Assembly: GCA_043228905.1 (NCBI GenBank)
Contig: JBHGNT010000001.1
Span: 2,604,001 to 2,668,000 of the forward strand
Reading direction: 5' to 3'
DNA from: Azolla caroliniana
Taxonomy: Eukaryota; Plantae; Polypodiophyta
Length of the DNA: 64,000 nucleotides
How positions within the stretch are numbered: position 1 is the stretch's first letter; each line of letters begins with the position of its first letter. A program made the position numbers and the translations under genes. Positions 26,667 to 37,600 of this stretch are shown here, piece by piece. The notes beneath the pieces are model-generated. The model was not told the origin of the DNA. It saw only the letters and a list, made by a program, of their open reading frames with translations, and ran no database searches.

Positions 26667-26772
26667 GAGAGAGAGAGAGAGAGAGAGAGGTGCTTAGCTA
26701 TCACTATATCTTGTGTTGTGGGTGCTACCTGATTCAAATAAATATTTCCAGAATCAGCCCTTCAGTTCTGGT

Positions 26773-26824
<52 letters not shown>
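26667..26824. repeat. (GA)n (26667-26688) and (TG)n (26777-26824) microsatellites upstream of the DYW:KP PPR gene
   Basis: Seen directly. Confidence 0.9.
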
Positions 26825-26825
<1 letters not shown>

Positions 26826-27839
26826 ATTGATAGGTGTTTACGGGGTCAAGAGCCGTTTTTATAAGTGACCACTAATCTTGTGTATCATTCCTCCGTTAAG
26901 TCTCTTCGATGGCTATCATCTAAGGCTGAAGAAGAATGAAAAATACATATAACTCGCAGTTCTTAAAATGTACTTAGCGTTCTAAATTGCCACTTGTAAC
27001 AAAGGTCTTCATTTGGAGAGTTTTGATTGGGGGTTTGCTTTTGGGATAACTCTAAAGCGACATGGACTAGCAATGGACAATTGCTTCTTTTTGCATTGTT
27101 CAAATGGATATACAATAGTCATTGTTTCTTACAATGTCTGATTGCTTGTCAAATTTGGAGTTACATTTCTCAAATTTGGCAAGTTTTATTACGATGTTAT
27201 TTGACCCCATGACAATAGGTGTTTGCACAATTCACACAGGTTGAGCCAAAATCAAAGATGGAGATCTTTTTCCTATTTTTGAGGTATTGGGGACTGCCCC
27301 ATAATTGGGATATGCACAATGCTTTTGTATTTGATGCCCATTTGATGGTAGGCATGGTGGTGTCAACACATATATACAAAAGTTGAAGGGATTCCTAATG
27401 TGGCAATTTCTTTATCGGAACAAGTGGAAGTTCTTTCCATAGTGGAGTGTTCGTCTTGCCTATTGGGAATTCAACATGTTCCACTACCCATGTAGTTAGT
27501 GGGTGACCATATTCCATTGTAACCCCTTGCAAATGTCTTAGATGAGTCTGGGACAACTTGGTGCACACAGTTAAGGGAGAGTATGATAGTATTAAAGGAA
27601 CGCCGGAAAAGGTGCATAAGAAAAGGCGAAATTTTCATAAAATATGGTGGCCAATACCTCCCTGATTGGATGAGTCACATGAAGATCATTGGAATTATGC
27701 TCAACCACGTTGGCTATTCCCTCGTCTTAGTCCTTTCTTATTTCAAAGTTAATTGTGAGGTATATAGTGTCTTCTTCCCCATTTTAACTTACAGGTTGAC
27801 AGAAAGGACATAAAAGAGGCAGATGTGATAGGGGCGAGA

Positions 27840-28595
27840 TGGTGGATGCAGAAAATGATGCATCTTTTGTATTTTGCATAATGATGAGATGATGGTGTTG
27901 AGGGTTGTAACATAATTTAATGAGGAGACAATGACAGTAGTGTCATTTTGTTTTTGTAGGTACATGATTTTGGTGGTAAATCGGCAAGATGTGAACTTAA
28001 TGAAGCACAATTCATGTTTTTTATAAGGATGAGTGATGGTGGTGTGGGGGCTGAAGTATATTCTCTTGAGAAGTCTACATTCATTTAGTTGTTTGTATGT
28101 ACAGGATTTTGGCGGTAATCGGCAAGATGTTTGATGTGGACTTGATGAAGCAGAACTTATGTTTTTGGATAAGGATGGGTGATGAGGGTGTGGTTGATGG
28201 AGCATATTCTCATGAGGAGATGAGGAAACAAGACTCATTGTATTGTTATATGTGTAGGATTTTGGTGGTATTTGTCAAGATTGTTGATGTGGACTTAATG
28301 AAGTAGAATTTATGTTTTGGATAAGGATGAACGATGATGGTGTGGAGGACAAAGCATATTCTCATGAGGAGATGAGGAATTTAGACTCATTTTATTGTTA
28401 TATGTGCGGGAATTTGGTGGTAATCGGTGAGATGGTTGATGTGGACTTAACTAAGTAGTTTTTCTGTTTTTGATGAGGATGAGTGACGATGGTGTGGGGG
28501 CCGAAGCATAAGCTCATGAGGAGAGGAGGAAACTTGACTTACTTTGTTGTTGTATGTATAGGATTTGGTGGTAACCGGCGAGATGGTTGATGTGG
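27840..28595 (+). repeat. Degenerate ~152-bp tandem array, about 5 units
   Basis: GATTT(T)GGTGGTAAT recurs at ~27966, 28105, 28258, 28410 and 28562, together with GATGTGGACTTAATGAAG and AGCATATTCTCATGAGGAGATGAGGAA. Confidence 0.9.
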
Positions 28596-28599
28596 AAAG

Positions 28600-28860
28600 A
28601 GGAAGCATACTTGTTGAGTTTACAATCACGAATGTGAAATGTGGTTCTCTTGAAAAAGCACATAACGTATTTGATCGCCTTCGAATCCGAGATGTACATG
28701 CATGGAATACACTGTTCTCTACCTTGAAAGCTTGTGGTAGCATTCAGACTTTTGGATAAAGATTATGTTGAACAGGAGCAAGTTGAAGAAGTATTGAAAT
28801 AGTTCATAACTATGAGCTGCAAGGGCTTGTTTCCGAATATAGCTACTTTTGTTGTGGCTA
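28600..28860 (+). pseudogene. PPR pseudogene fragment
   Basis: Translates GSILVE..VKCGSLEKAHNVFDRLRIRDVHAWNTLF / TLKACGSI, an S-P-L motif with internal deletion. A further EEVLK*F...LQGLVPNIATF relic follows, with stops. Confidence 0.75.
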
Positions 28861-30842
28861 TGGATACGGAATACCTTGGAATGTATCTATGGAATAGCTT
28901 GCAAATTAGTGGACAATTTTCTCTACTTTGGAGTACATAGACTTGTTTCCTTTGCCATTGTCTTACACACGACGGGCATGGGGAAAAAATACTTTGTATA
29001 TATGTTGTAGCCGTTATGACCTTTTTATACAACTAATGGAAGGATATTTTGTTTTGAAAAAATGGCTTAGATGAGACCCCATTTATGTAGTCCTTGATTG
29101 TTACATGATCATGGGCGATTAACGCCAATCATATTGTTGGTGCTTCTCCACTAGAATTGTAATTACTACCCTCTCTATCTATCAATCTTGCCCCTCGTGA
29201 ACAACACTTTTTTTTTAATCAAGATTGCAAAATACCAACCCAAATCCTCTTTAATGATAAAAGTGGTCGCATAACAATTCCTACTATTCCTCAAAACACC
29301 AACTATACAATTTACACAAAAGATGGATGTGTGGATGAAATAATCGAAATACATTATGTTTAATCGTTAGGGCCGTGTACCCAGTAGAATGATCAGTATC
29401 CAAAATGAGCAAAAAAGTAAGGATATCTAGAGGCTAGAGCTTGAACTGATGGCCCAAAGAATACTAACGTGACAAAATAACCAGAATACCAAATTCTGGA
29501 AACTCCAACCAACATATGCAAACACTATCATGAATATCGTCAGCAAATGTGATCAGATTACGACACGGCCATGTTAATGTCATGGCACATGGGTCCTTAA
29601 CGTCGGAGCATGTCTGCATTTATCATGTCCATGGGCCAATTAAGGACTTTTGTCTATGGAATCATTCCATACATACGCTTTAACCAAATCATTTGCACCT
29701 GCAATGGAGAAGGGGACCAGACACATTTTCAGCCATGGAAACCTGAGGTAAGTTTTTTTACCTTGAAAAACGTGAAGAAACTGGCTCCAAATAAACGGAT
29801 GCAAAGGAGATGTTTTGGGTAAAACACAAGTAACAGAATGAGGGCATTGATATGGCTCTATGTGGAGAGAAAAGAAAGACAAAAAGAGTTCTTATCTGGG
29901 CCATAATAAATGAAACCTTATATGCCTTTCAAACATAATGATATAGATTAGTTAGGTCATTGAAGAAACCTAGATAGAGGAAGAGCTTATATCCAATATC
30001 AGATCAAACAATGCTTTTCAAGCTGAAAAAGAGGAGAATATATCCAAACATCAAAATCTGGGTGCTGAACTCATTCAGAAAACAGAAGAAATTGGAAATC
30101 ATCACTTTATATAGATCATGAAAATCCTTACATTTTGTAGTTCTTGATTGATTGTGTAAGTTGTGCACATAATGTGGTTTCTTGTAAAAGAAACCTGGCG
30201 TTTATATGATTGCAATTATATTCATCTCTTTATCATTCTGCGAAAATTGATGACTGATGTTTGGGATAATTTGGAGAAGATGCGGGAACAAAAGATCAAA
30301 GAACTCCCAGAAGTGAATCTTCTGGGAACCTTTGGGAATGCCCCAAAGAACTCATGTAAATTATGGACCCGTATAAGAATTTTCTTTCATATGCTTCTCT
30401 TCTCCAGTGTCATATTGAAACATACTCAATACATTCAATGGTTCACATTTGGCGACGATGAAATGATCTTAATTCATGTATGGTGAAATGAAATGATCCT
30501 TCAAACACAAGGAGAAAGGATCAATGAGGGCGACTCCCTGTTGAGATGTAGTAAATGAGACAATTGTCAAGGGATATAACATATCCGGAAGAAGAAGAAG
30601 ATATGTAATAGAAGCTATTTTAAGACAGATGAAGTAGAAGTCTTGATTATGAGTCAAGGACAAATGCATAATAGTGACACAATTACAAGATTATTGACTT
30701 TCAATTACTTGTACACAACTATCGAGTAATAGAAGCTATCGAGAGATGCATGAAGACAAAGATTTGATTATGAGACAAGAATTGGGAATCACCTCAAGTG
30801 AGTCTAATAAGTGGCGTTGGTAAGACTGAGGGGGAGGAAAAT

Positions 30843-33497
30843 ATGTCCGACAATTTGGATTCTGATCCTATCAAAGATAGTGCTGACAAGACAGAGATAT
30901 TTGTTTGCATGCTCAAGGCTTGTGCCAAAGAGAAAGATCTCCACAGGGGCAACAAAATACATTCAAATATTGTGCGAAGTGGGTTGCTAAAGAAAAACAC
31001 TTTTCTTGGCAACAGTTTGGTCAATATGTATGCAAAATGTGGTGCTTTAAGAAAAGCACAATTAGTGTTTGATGAGCTTCCTGTTCAGGATGTGGTCTCA
31101 TGGAATGTGCTTATAACAGGATATGCCCACCAGAGAAATAATGGTGCAATACCTGGACTGAAGTCTTTTCAGCAAATGCAACTTGAAGGTATATGTCCAA
31201 ATGCAATTACTTTTCTTGGTATGTTGAAAGCCTTCAGTGGTATGGGGGCCTTGTTAAAAGGACAGCAAATTCATGCTCAGATTCTTCCAAACCAATTGCA
31301 CGAGAAGGATGCAGTTATTGCTAATGCTTTAATAGATATGTATGCTAAATGTGGTAGACTCATGAAAGCACAAGAATTATTTGATGAGCTTCTAATTTTG
31401 GATTTGGTCTCATGGAATGTGTTAATCACTGGATATGCACAATATGATGCCGAGAAAGCTCTATCTTATTTCGAACGTATGCAAATGGGAAGTTTCTCTC
31501 CCGATGCGGTCACATTTACATGCATTTTGAAAGCCTGTGCCAGTATGGGAGCAAGAAAACTATTTAAAGGGAAAACAGTGCATTCACAGGTTGTGAGATA
31601 TGGATTATTAGAAAAAGATGTGGTGATTGGAAACTCTTTGATAGATATGTATGCAAAATGTGGGGAACTTCGTAGAGCACAAGAAGTGTTCGATAAGCTT
31701 CGAATCCGCAATGTAGTCTCATGGAATACTATGATTTCAGGGTACTGTCAACATGGCCAATATGAGAAAGCATTGGATTATTTTGAACATATGAAATGTG
31801 ATGACTTTTCTCCAAACGAAGTTACCTTCCTTTGTGCTTTAAAAGCTTGTGGTAGTGTAGGAGCAGCTCAGAAGGGTGAACAAATACATTCTACGATTGT
31901 AAGAGAGGGATTGTTAGAGACAAACAAAAATCTCAGTTCTGCATTGCTAAGTATGTATGCTAAATGTGGTTTGCTTGCAAAAGCACAAGAAGTCTTTGAA
32001 GAGCTTTCTGATTGGGATGTAGTATGTTGGAATACACTCATTGCAGGGTATGCTCAAAACGGACATTTTGATGAAGCACTGAACTACTTTGCACAAATGC
32101 AAGTCCAGGGAATCACTCTGGATGCGGTCACTTTTGTATGCGTTCTGAAAGCTTGTGGTGATAAAGGGGCAGACATCAATGGCAAAGAAATACATGCAGA
32201 CATTGTCAGACAGGGGTTGCTAGAAAAGAATAGCATCCTTGGAAATGCTTTGTTGGATATGTATGCCAAATGTGGCTTGTTTGAAGAAGCTGAAGAGATG
32301 TTTGCCAAGTTACCTCTTCGTGATGTAGTTACGTGTAATGTGCTGATCACTGGATATGTCCAGCATGGACATGGGGAAGATGCATTGAGATGCTTTCAAC
32401 TCATGCAAACTTATGGATTCTCTCCAGATGAAGTTACTTTTGTTTGCATTTTAAAAGCTTGTGGATTTCTTAGGCTTTTGAACAAAGGACAGGAAATACA
32501 TAATGAAATTTGTAGAAGGGGCTCATTTGGTGAAGATTTTGTGGTAGGTACGGCATTGGTGGATATGTATTCTAAGTGTGGTGAACTTATGAGAGCTCAT
32601 GAAGTATTTAATGAGCTTCCGAATCGAAATGTGGTCTCGTGGAGTGCCTTGATTGCTGGGTATGTACAACTAGGTAATGGTGAGGAAGCATTGCACTGTT
32701 TTGAGCAGATGCAAATGCAAGGTCTCACTCCAGATTCAGTTACTCTCATGTGCATGTTGAAAGCATGTAGTAGCATAGGAGCATCTGTCAAGGGCCAAGA
32801 GATACATATAGATATTATTAGAGAGGGGTTTCTTGAGGAAAACAATGCTATTGGCAATTCTTTGGTGGATATGTATGTGAAATGTGGGATGTTTGAAGAC
32901 GCACAAGATGTGTTTGAAGAGTTGCTAGTACAAGATGTTGTCTCCTGGAACGCATTGCTTTCTGGGTATGCACAACTTGGGAAGGATGAGATTGCATTTA
33001 GCTTGTTTGAGAAAATGATTGGAGATGCAAAATCACCAAACTTGGTGACATTCACTATACTTGTGAATGCATGTAGCCGCACAGGTCTACTAGAGATGGG
33101 GCAAGCCTACTTAGAAGTCATGATTTCCATATACAAAATCATCCCCGATCTTGACCACTATACTTGCATAATCGACCTCTTTGGTCGTGCGGGACATTTA
33201 GACAAGGCTATTGTCGTTATTGAAGAGATGCCATTTTCCCCAAGTATTACTGTATGGCATACAATGCTGGGTGCTTGTCACAAATGGGGAGATATGATGC
33301 TTGGAAGATTAGCCTTTGAACATGCAATTCACTTGGATGATAAAGATGCTGCACCATACATATGTATGATTAATATTTATCATGTGGCTGGGCGACTAGA
33401 AGATGCAGACAAGATTGAAGCAATGAGACTGGAAAAACAAGCATGGAATGTTGTAGGTGGAATAATGCAAGAGGGATTCTCCTTTCATTCTCTTTAG
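30843..33497 (+). CDS. PLS-class PPR protein, ~23 motifs plus E1/E2, no DYW domain (884 aa from first ATG)
   Basis: Intronless ORF with 7 L-S(-P) triplets, P2-L2-S2 (FTILVNACSRTG, DHYTCIIDLFGRAG), E1 VWHTMLGAC and a complete E2 ending in KQAW plus a short tail. First ATG at 30843, with an in-frame TGA at 30771. Confidence 0.92.
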   Translation: MSDNLDSDPIKDSADKTEIFVCMLKACAKEKDLHRGNKIHSNIVRSGLLKKNTFLGNSLVNMYAKCGALRKAQLVFDELPVQDVVSWNVLITGYAHQRNNGAIPGLKSFQQMQLEGICPNAITFLGMLKAFSGMGALLKGQQIHAQILPNQLHEKDAVIANALIDMYAKCGRLMKAQELFDELLILDLVSWNVLITGYAQYDAEKALSYFERMQMGSFSPDAVTFTCILKACASMGARKLFKGKTVHSQVVRYGLLEKDVVIGNSLIDMYAKCGELRRAQEVFDKLRIRNVVSWNTMISGYCQHGQYEKALDYFEHMKCDDFSPNEVTFLCALKACGSVGAAQKGEQIHSTIVREGLLETNKNLSSALLSMYAKCGLLAKAQEVFEELSDWDVVCWNTLIAGYAQNGHFDEALNYFAQMQVQGITLDAVTFVCVLKACGDKGADINGKEIHADIVRQGLLEKNSILGNALLDMYAKCGLFEEAEEMFAKLPLRDVVTCNVLITGYVQHGHGEDALRCFQLMQTYGFSPDEVTFVCILKACGFLRLLNKGQEIHNEICRRGSFGEDFVVGTALVDMYSKCGELMRAHEVFNELPNRNVVSWSALIAGYVQLGNGEEALHCFEQMQMQGLTPDSVTLMCMLKACSSIGASVKGQEIHIDIIREGFLEENNAIGNSLVDMYVKCGMFEDAQDVFEELLVQDVVSWNALLSGYAQLGKDEIAFSLFEKMIGDAKSPNLVTFTILVNACSRTGLLEMGQAYLEVMISIYKIIPDLDHYTCIIDLFGRAGHLDKAIVVIEEMPFSPSITVWHTMLGACHKWGDMMLGRLAFEHAIHLDDKDAAPYICMINIYHVAGRLEDADKIEAMRLEKQAWNVVGGIMQEGFSFHSL

Positions 33498-33713
33498 GGG
33501 GATAAGAACACTCTACTCAAATGATATATATATATATATTATATGAAAAGCCCAAATTCATCAATGATCATAAAATTATCAAAGAATACTGTTACGAGCC
33601 TGTCATATAAGTGCTCAGGGGTACAAAAGGAACATGACAATAAACTCGAATTACGAGAATTGAAATATTGAATTGAAAGGATGGAAATTATAATGTTCCT
33701 CTTCTATTTCACC

Positions 33714-34421
33714 CATAGATTGACATATTCGCATTCGTCGGGTTTCCCATTCGAATGCAAACGAATAAGAATACGAATGGGTGGTAAAGTATTCGTTTAA
33801 CTTAAAAAAAAAGAAAAAAAACTTTGTCTTTTTCAATTTCCTAGGATAAAAAAAAGGAACTTGATAATAAATAGGGATAATAAAAGAGGGACTTGGGGAT
33901 TTGACACTACTAAATTTTTATAATAAATGTATAACTTATAAGTTATAAGTATGTATTTCGTTTTATTTTTAATAAATAAATAAAATAAAATAAAGGCTCA
34001 TTAATTTCTCACTTTTTATTCCCTCAAAATTTATGGATATTTTGATTTTGACATTAAAAATAGTACTTCAAACTAAACATATCTTTAGAGTTCATACTAA
34101 TCATATTTGTAAGTATAACTAAATTTTTATAATAAATGTATAACTTATAAATTATAAGTATTCGTTTTTTTTTAATAAATAAATTAATTGATTAATTAAA
34201 ATAAGTTTCATAAACTCTCTTGACACTATAATCTATTAATGAATAATTGTTCTTTTTTTGGTGAAATAAATTTATTTAAATAAATAAATAAATATTATAT
34301 ATATATATATTTTTTCAAAACGAATGGGTTTTTAATATTCTTGGGGTCATTTCGTATTCTCGAATATTGAGAATATTGCGCATGGAGAATATCACGAATA
34401 TCACGCATGTGTCAATCTATG
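33714..34421. mobile_element. hAT-type MITE (708 bp) between convergent PPR genes
   Basis: TIRs CATAGATTGACA (33714-33725) and TGTCAATCTATG (34410-34421). Perfect 8-bp TSD ATTTCACC (33706-33713, 34422-34429). CGAAT/ATTCG subterminal repeats and an AT-rich core with an internal ~45-bp duplication. Confidence 0.93.
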
Positions 34422-34629
34422 ATTTCACCCAATGTACATGTGGCATTACAAAATCAATCTCATGATGTGAACCTTTTTCTTTCATAGAAAATCAGTGGTC
34501 CTTTTTCATAGCACAGAAGGAGCCAGATTATGCCATAATCAATAAGGATGCTCAAAGCTTTCTATGCAAGAAAAGTTCTTCATCCTTGAGTTTGAATAAG
34601 TTGATATATACACACAATATGTTCAAGGT

Positions 34630-37600
34630 CTATATAGTTGAGCTTTGTGCAGCATAAATATTACTCATGCACACATATGTTGCACCATCATCTTCATGAA
34701 ATTGTAACGTATATTCAAAGACTAATCTTCCAAGTTGGAGATCACCCAATTTCCAACAAGCACCTAACATAGTATTCCACACCAGAAGATTGGGAGAAAA
34801 AGGCATGACCTTGATCAGCTTTACGGCTTTGTCTAAGCAGCCTGTGCGACTGAATAAATCAATCATACAAGTAAAATGCTCTAAACTCGGAATGATATCA
34901 TAGACTCTTCTCAATACATACAAACATAATTGGCTCTCTTCCAATAGACCTGTATGAATGCATGTAGTAAGGAGAATAGCTAATGTGGCCAAATTTGGCT
35001 CTTCACCATGGTTTATCATTTGGTGGAACAACATGAAAACAATCTCATCCTTTCCAAGTTGAGAATACCCAGCGATAAGAATATGCCACGTGACCAAATC
35101 CCGACTAGAAAAGGTGTGAAACAACCCTTGTGCTTCTGCTATCATACCACATTTGGAATACATATCAATCAATGCCTTTGTGATGAGATTTTCATTCTCT
35201 AAGTGACTGTATATGATTTTGGCATGGACGTCTTTCCCTATTTCTACAACTCCTTCATTGCTACAAGCTTTCAATATGCAAATGAATGTGACTACATTTG
35301 GCGAATGACCCTCAAGATAAATTTGTTCAAAACAATAAAATGCTCTCTCTGTGAGCTTGCATTGTATATATCCCGCAATAAGAGAATTCCACATTACTAT
35401 ATCCCAAATTTGAAGCTTATTTACTATGTCCTTTGCTTCACAAAGCATGCCACATTTCACATACATGTCAACCAATGCACTGCTGAGAATATCATTGCCC
35501 TCCAGAAACCCCTCCATCACAACCCTCACATGTATTGTTTGGCCCTTGTAGGCTTCCCCCAAGTTTCCACACGCTTTCAAGACAGTGAGAAAGGTTGGTA
35601 CATTTGGAGAAATCTTATCCATCTCCATATGTTCAAAGTGTGTTAATGCTTCTTCGTTGTTTCCATGTACACAATATCCAGAAATTAATATATTCCATGA
35701 GATTGTATCTCGAGTTTCAAGCTTGTTAAATACTAATTGTGCCTCAACAAGTGCACCACATTTGGCATACATATCTACTAACGCATTTCCAATCACCAAA
35801 TCTTTTCCTAATAAGTGATCTGCAATAGTTTGGGCATGCAATGCTTTTCTTTTCCCTACGACCCCTATGCTGCCACATGCTTTCAAGATGCAAGCAAAAG
35901 TGAATGCGTCTGGTAAGTAGCTACCAGCCTGCATCCAGTAGAAACAGTTTATTGCTTCCTGATTTTTCCCATGTTGGATGTATCCTGAAATAAGTGCATT
36001 CCAAGATATTACATCCTGAACCAGCAATATCTCAAACACTTTTCGTGCTTCTCCAAGCAAGCCATATTTGGCATACATATCTACTAACACATTTCCAAGA
36101 ACATTACATGCTTCCAGAAAGCCTAGCTTAACAATTTGTGCATGTATTTCTTGGTTTTTCTCTGTTATGCCCGTGACACTGCTGTACGTTTTCAAGATGG
36201 AAATGTACGTAAAGGCATCCGGGGAGAAGCCACTTAATTGCATTTGTTCAAAGCATTTTTGGATTTCCTTATTGTGTCCATGTTGAGAGTATCCTGCAAT
36301 AAGCACATTCCAAGAGGTTGTCCTAGGATTTTGCATTGTCTCAAACACTTCTTTTGCTTCTTCAAACATGTCGCATTTGGCATACATCTCTAGAAGTGCA
36401 TCTGCCACATCATCAGACTTCTCTAGCAAACCTTGTTTTATGATCTCAGCATGTATGCCTTGACCCTTATTAGAGTTTCCTGTATTGCAACATACTTTCA
36501 AGATGCATACAAACGTTGCAACATCTGGAGTGTTGCCAAAAAGTTGCATCAATTCAAAACAGTTCAATACAGCCTTATCGAGGCCATGCCGTGAAAATCC
36601 AGAGATAAATGCATTCCATGCAATGACATCCCAAACTGGGAGGTCATGAAATACTTCCTCAGCTTTTTCAATAGAGCCGCATTTTGCATACATATCCACC
36701 AAAACAGTACCAAGTACAGGATATCTTTCCACAAAACCTTGCTTAAGAAACTCACAATGTACTTCGTGACCTTTATCCAAGGCTCCTATCTTTCCACAAG
36801 CTTTCAATATGTAAATGAAAGTCATAACATCTGGAAAGACACCACTAGATTGCATTTGTTCAAAACAATTAAGTGCTTCTTCACCATCCTCTTTTTGGAT
36901 ATATCCTGAAATTAATAAATTCCATAGGACCAAATCTCGCACCGGCAGCTTATCAAACAACATTTGTGCTTCCATAAGCATACCGCAATTTCCATACATA
37001 TCAATTAATGCAGTATGAGCAACTATACTGCTCTCCAACAATCCCTCTTTAACAAGCTTAGAATGTAGCTCTTGACCTTTATCGGTGGCTCCTATGCTAC
37101 CATAGGTTTTTAAGAGACAAGCAAAGTTGATTGAATCTAGAGAAATGTTTAAACATTGCAATTGTTCAGAATAATGAAGAGCTTCATTAACATGCATATG
37201 TTCAGCATATCCAGCAATTAATGCAGTCCATGAAACTACATCCCTAACTTGAAGTTTATCAAATACTTCTTGTGCTTCTAAAAGGGACCCACAGTTCATA
37301 TACATATGTATCAAAGCAGAGCCAACGTTGTTATGTTTCTCGATCCATCCTTCCCTCACAATCATAGCATGTAGTTCTTGACCCTTGTCAATTGCTGTTC
37401 TCGTACCACATACTTTCAATAGAAAAAGAAATGTGATATCATTTGGAGAAAAACCCTCACTATGCATCTGATCTAAAAGGTTCAGTGCCTCTTCAATGTA
37501 ACCATGTTTGAAATATCCAGAAATCAAAACATTCCATGTACTCGTATTCCGTAAAGAAAGTTGATCAAAAACATTACGTGCTTTTCCAAGCAAACCACAT

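Noticed and set aside
27840-28595. Regularly spaced repeats suggestive of a CRISPR-like array
   Set aside because: Whole units are homologous, with no unique spacers. The context is eukaryotic and no cas genes are present.
29365-29600. Possible Tourist-like MITE (GGCCGTGT / ACACGGCC)
   Set aside because: Only an 8-bp inverted match with no convincing TSD.
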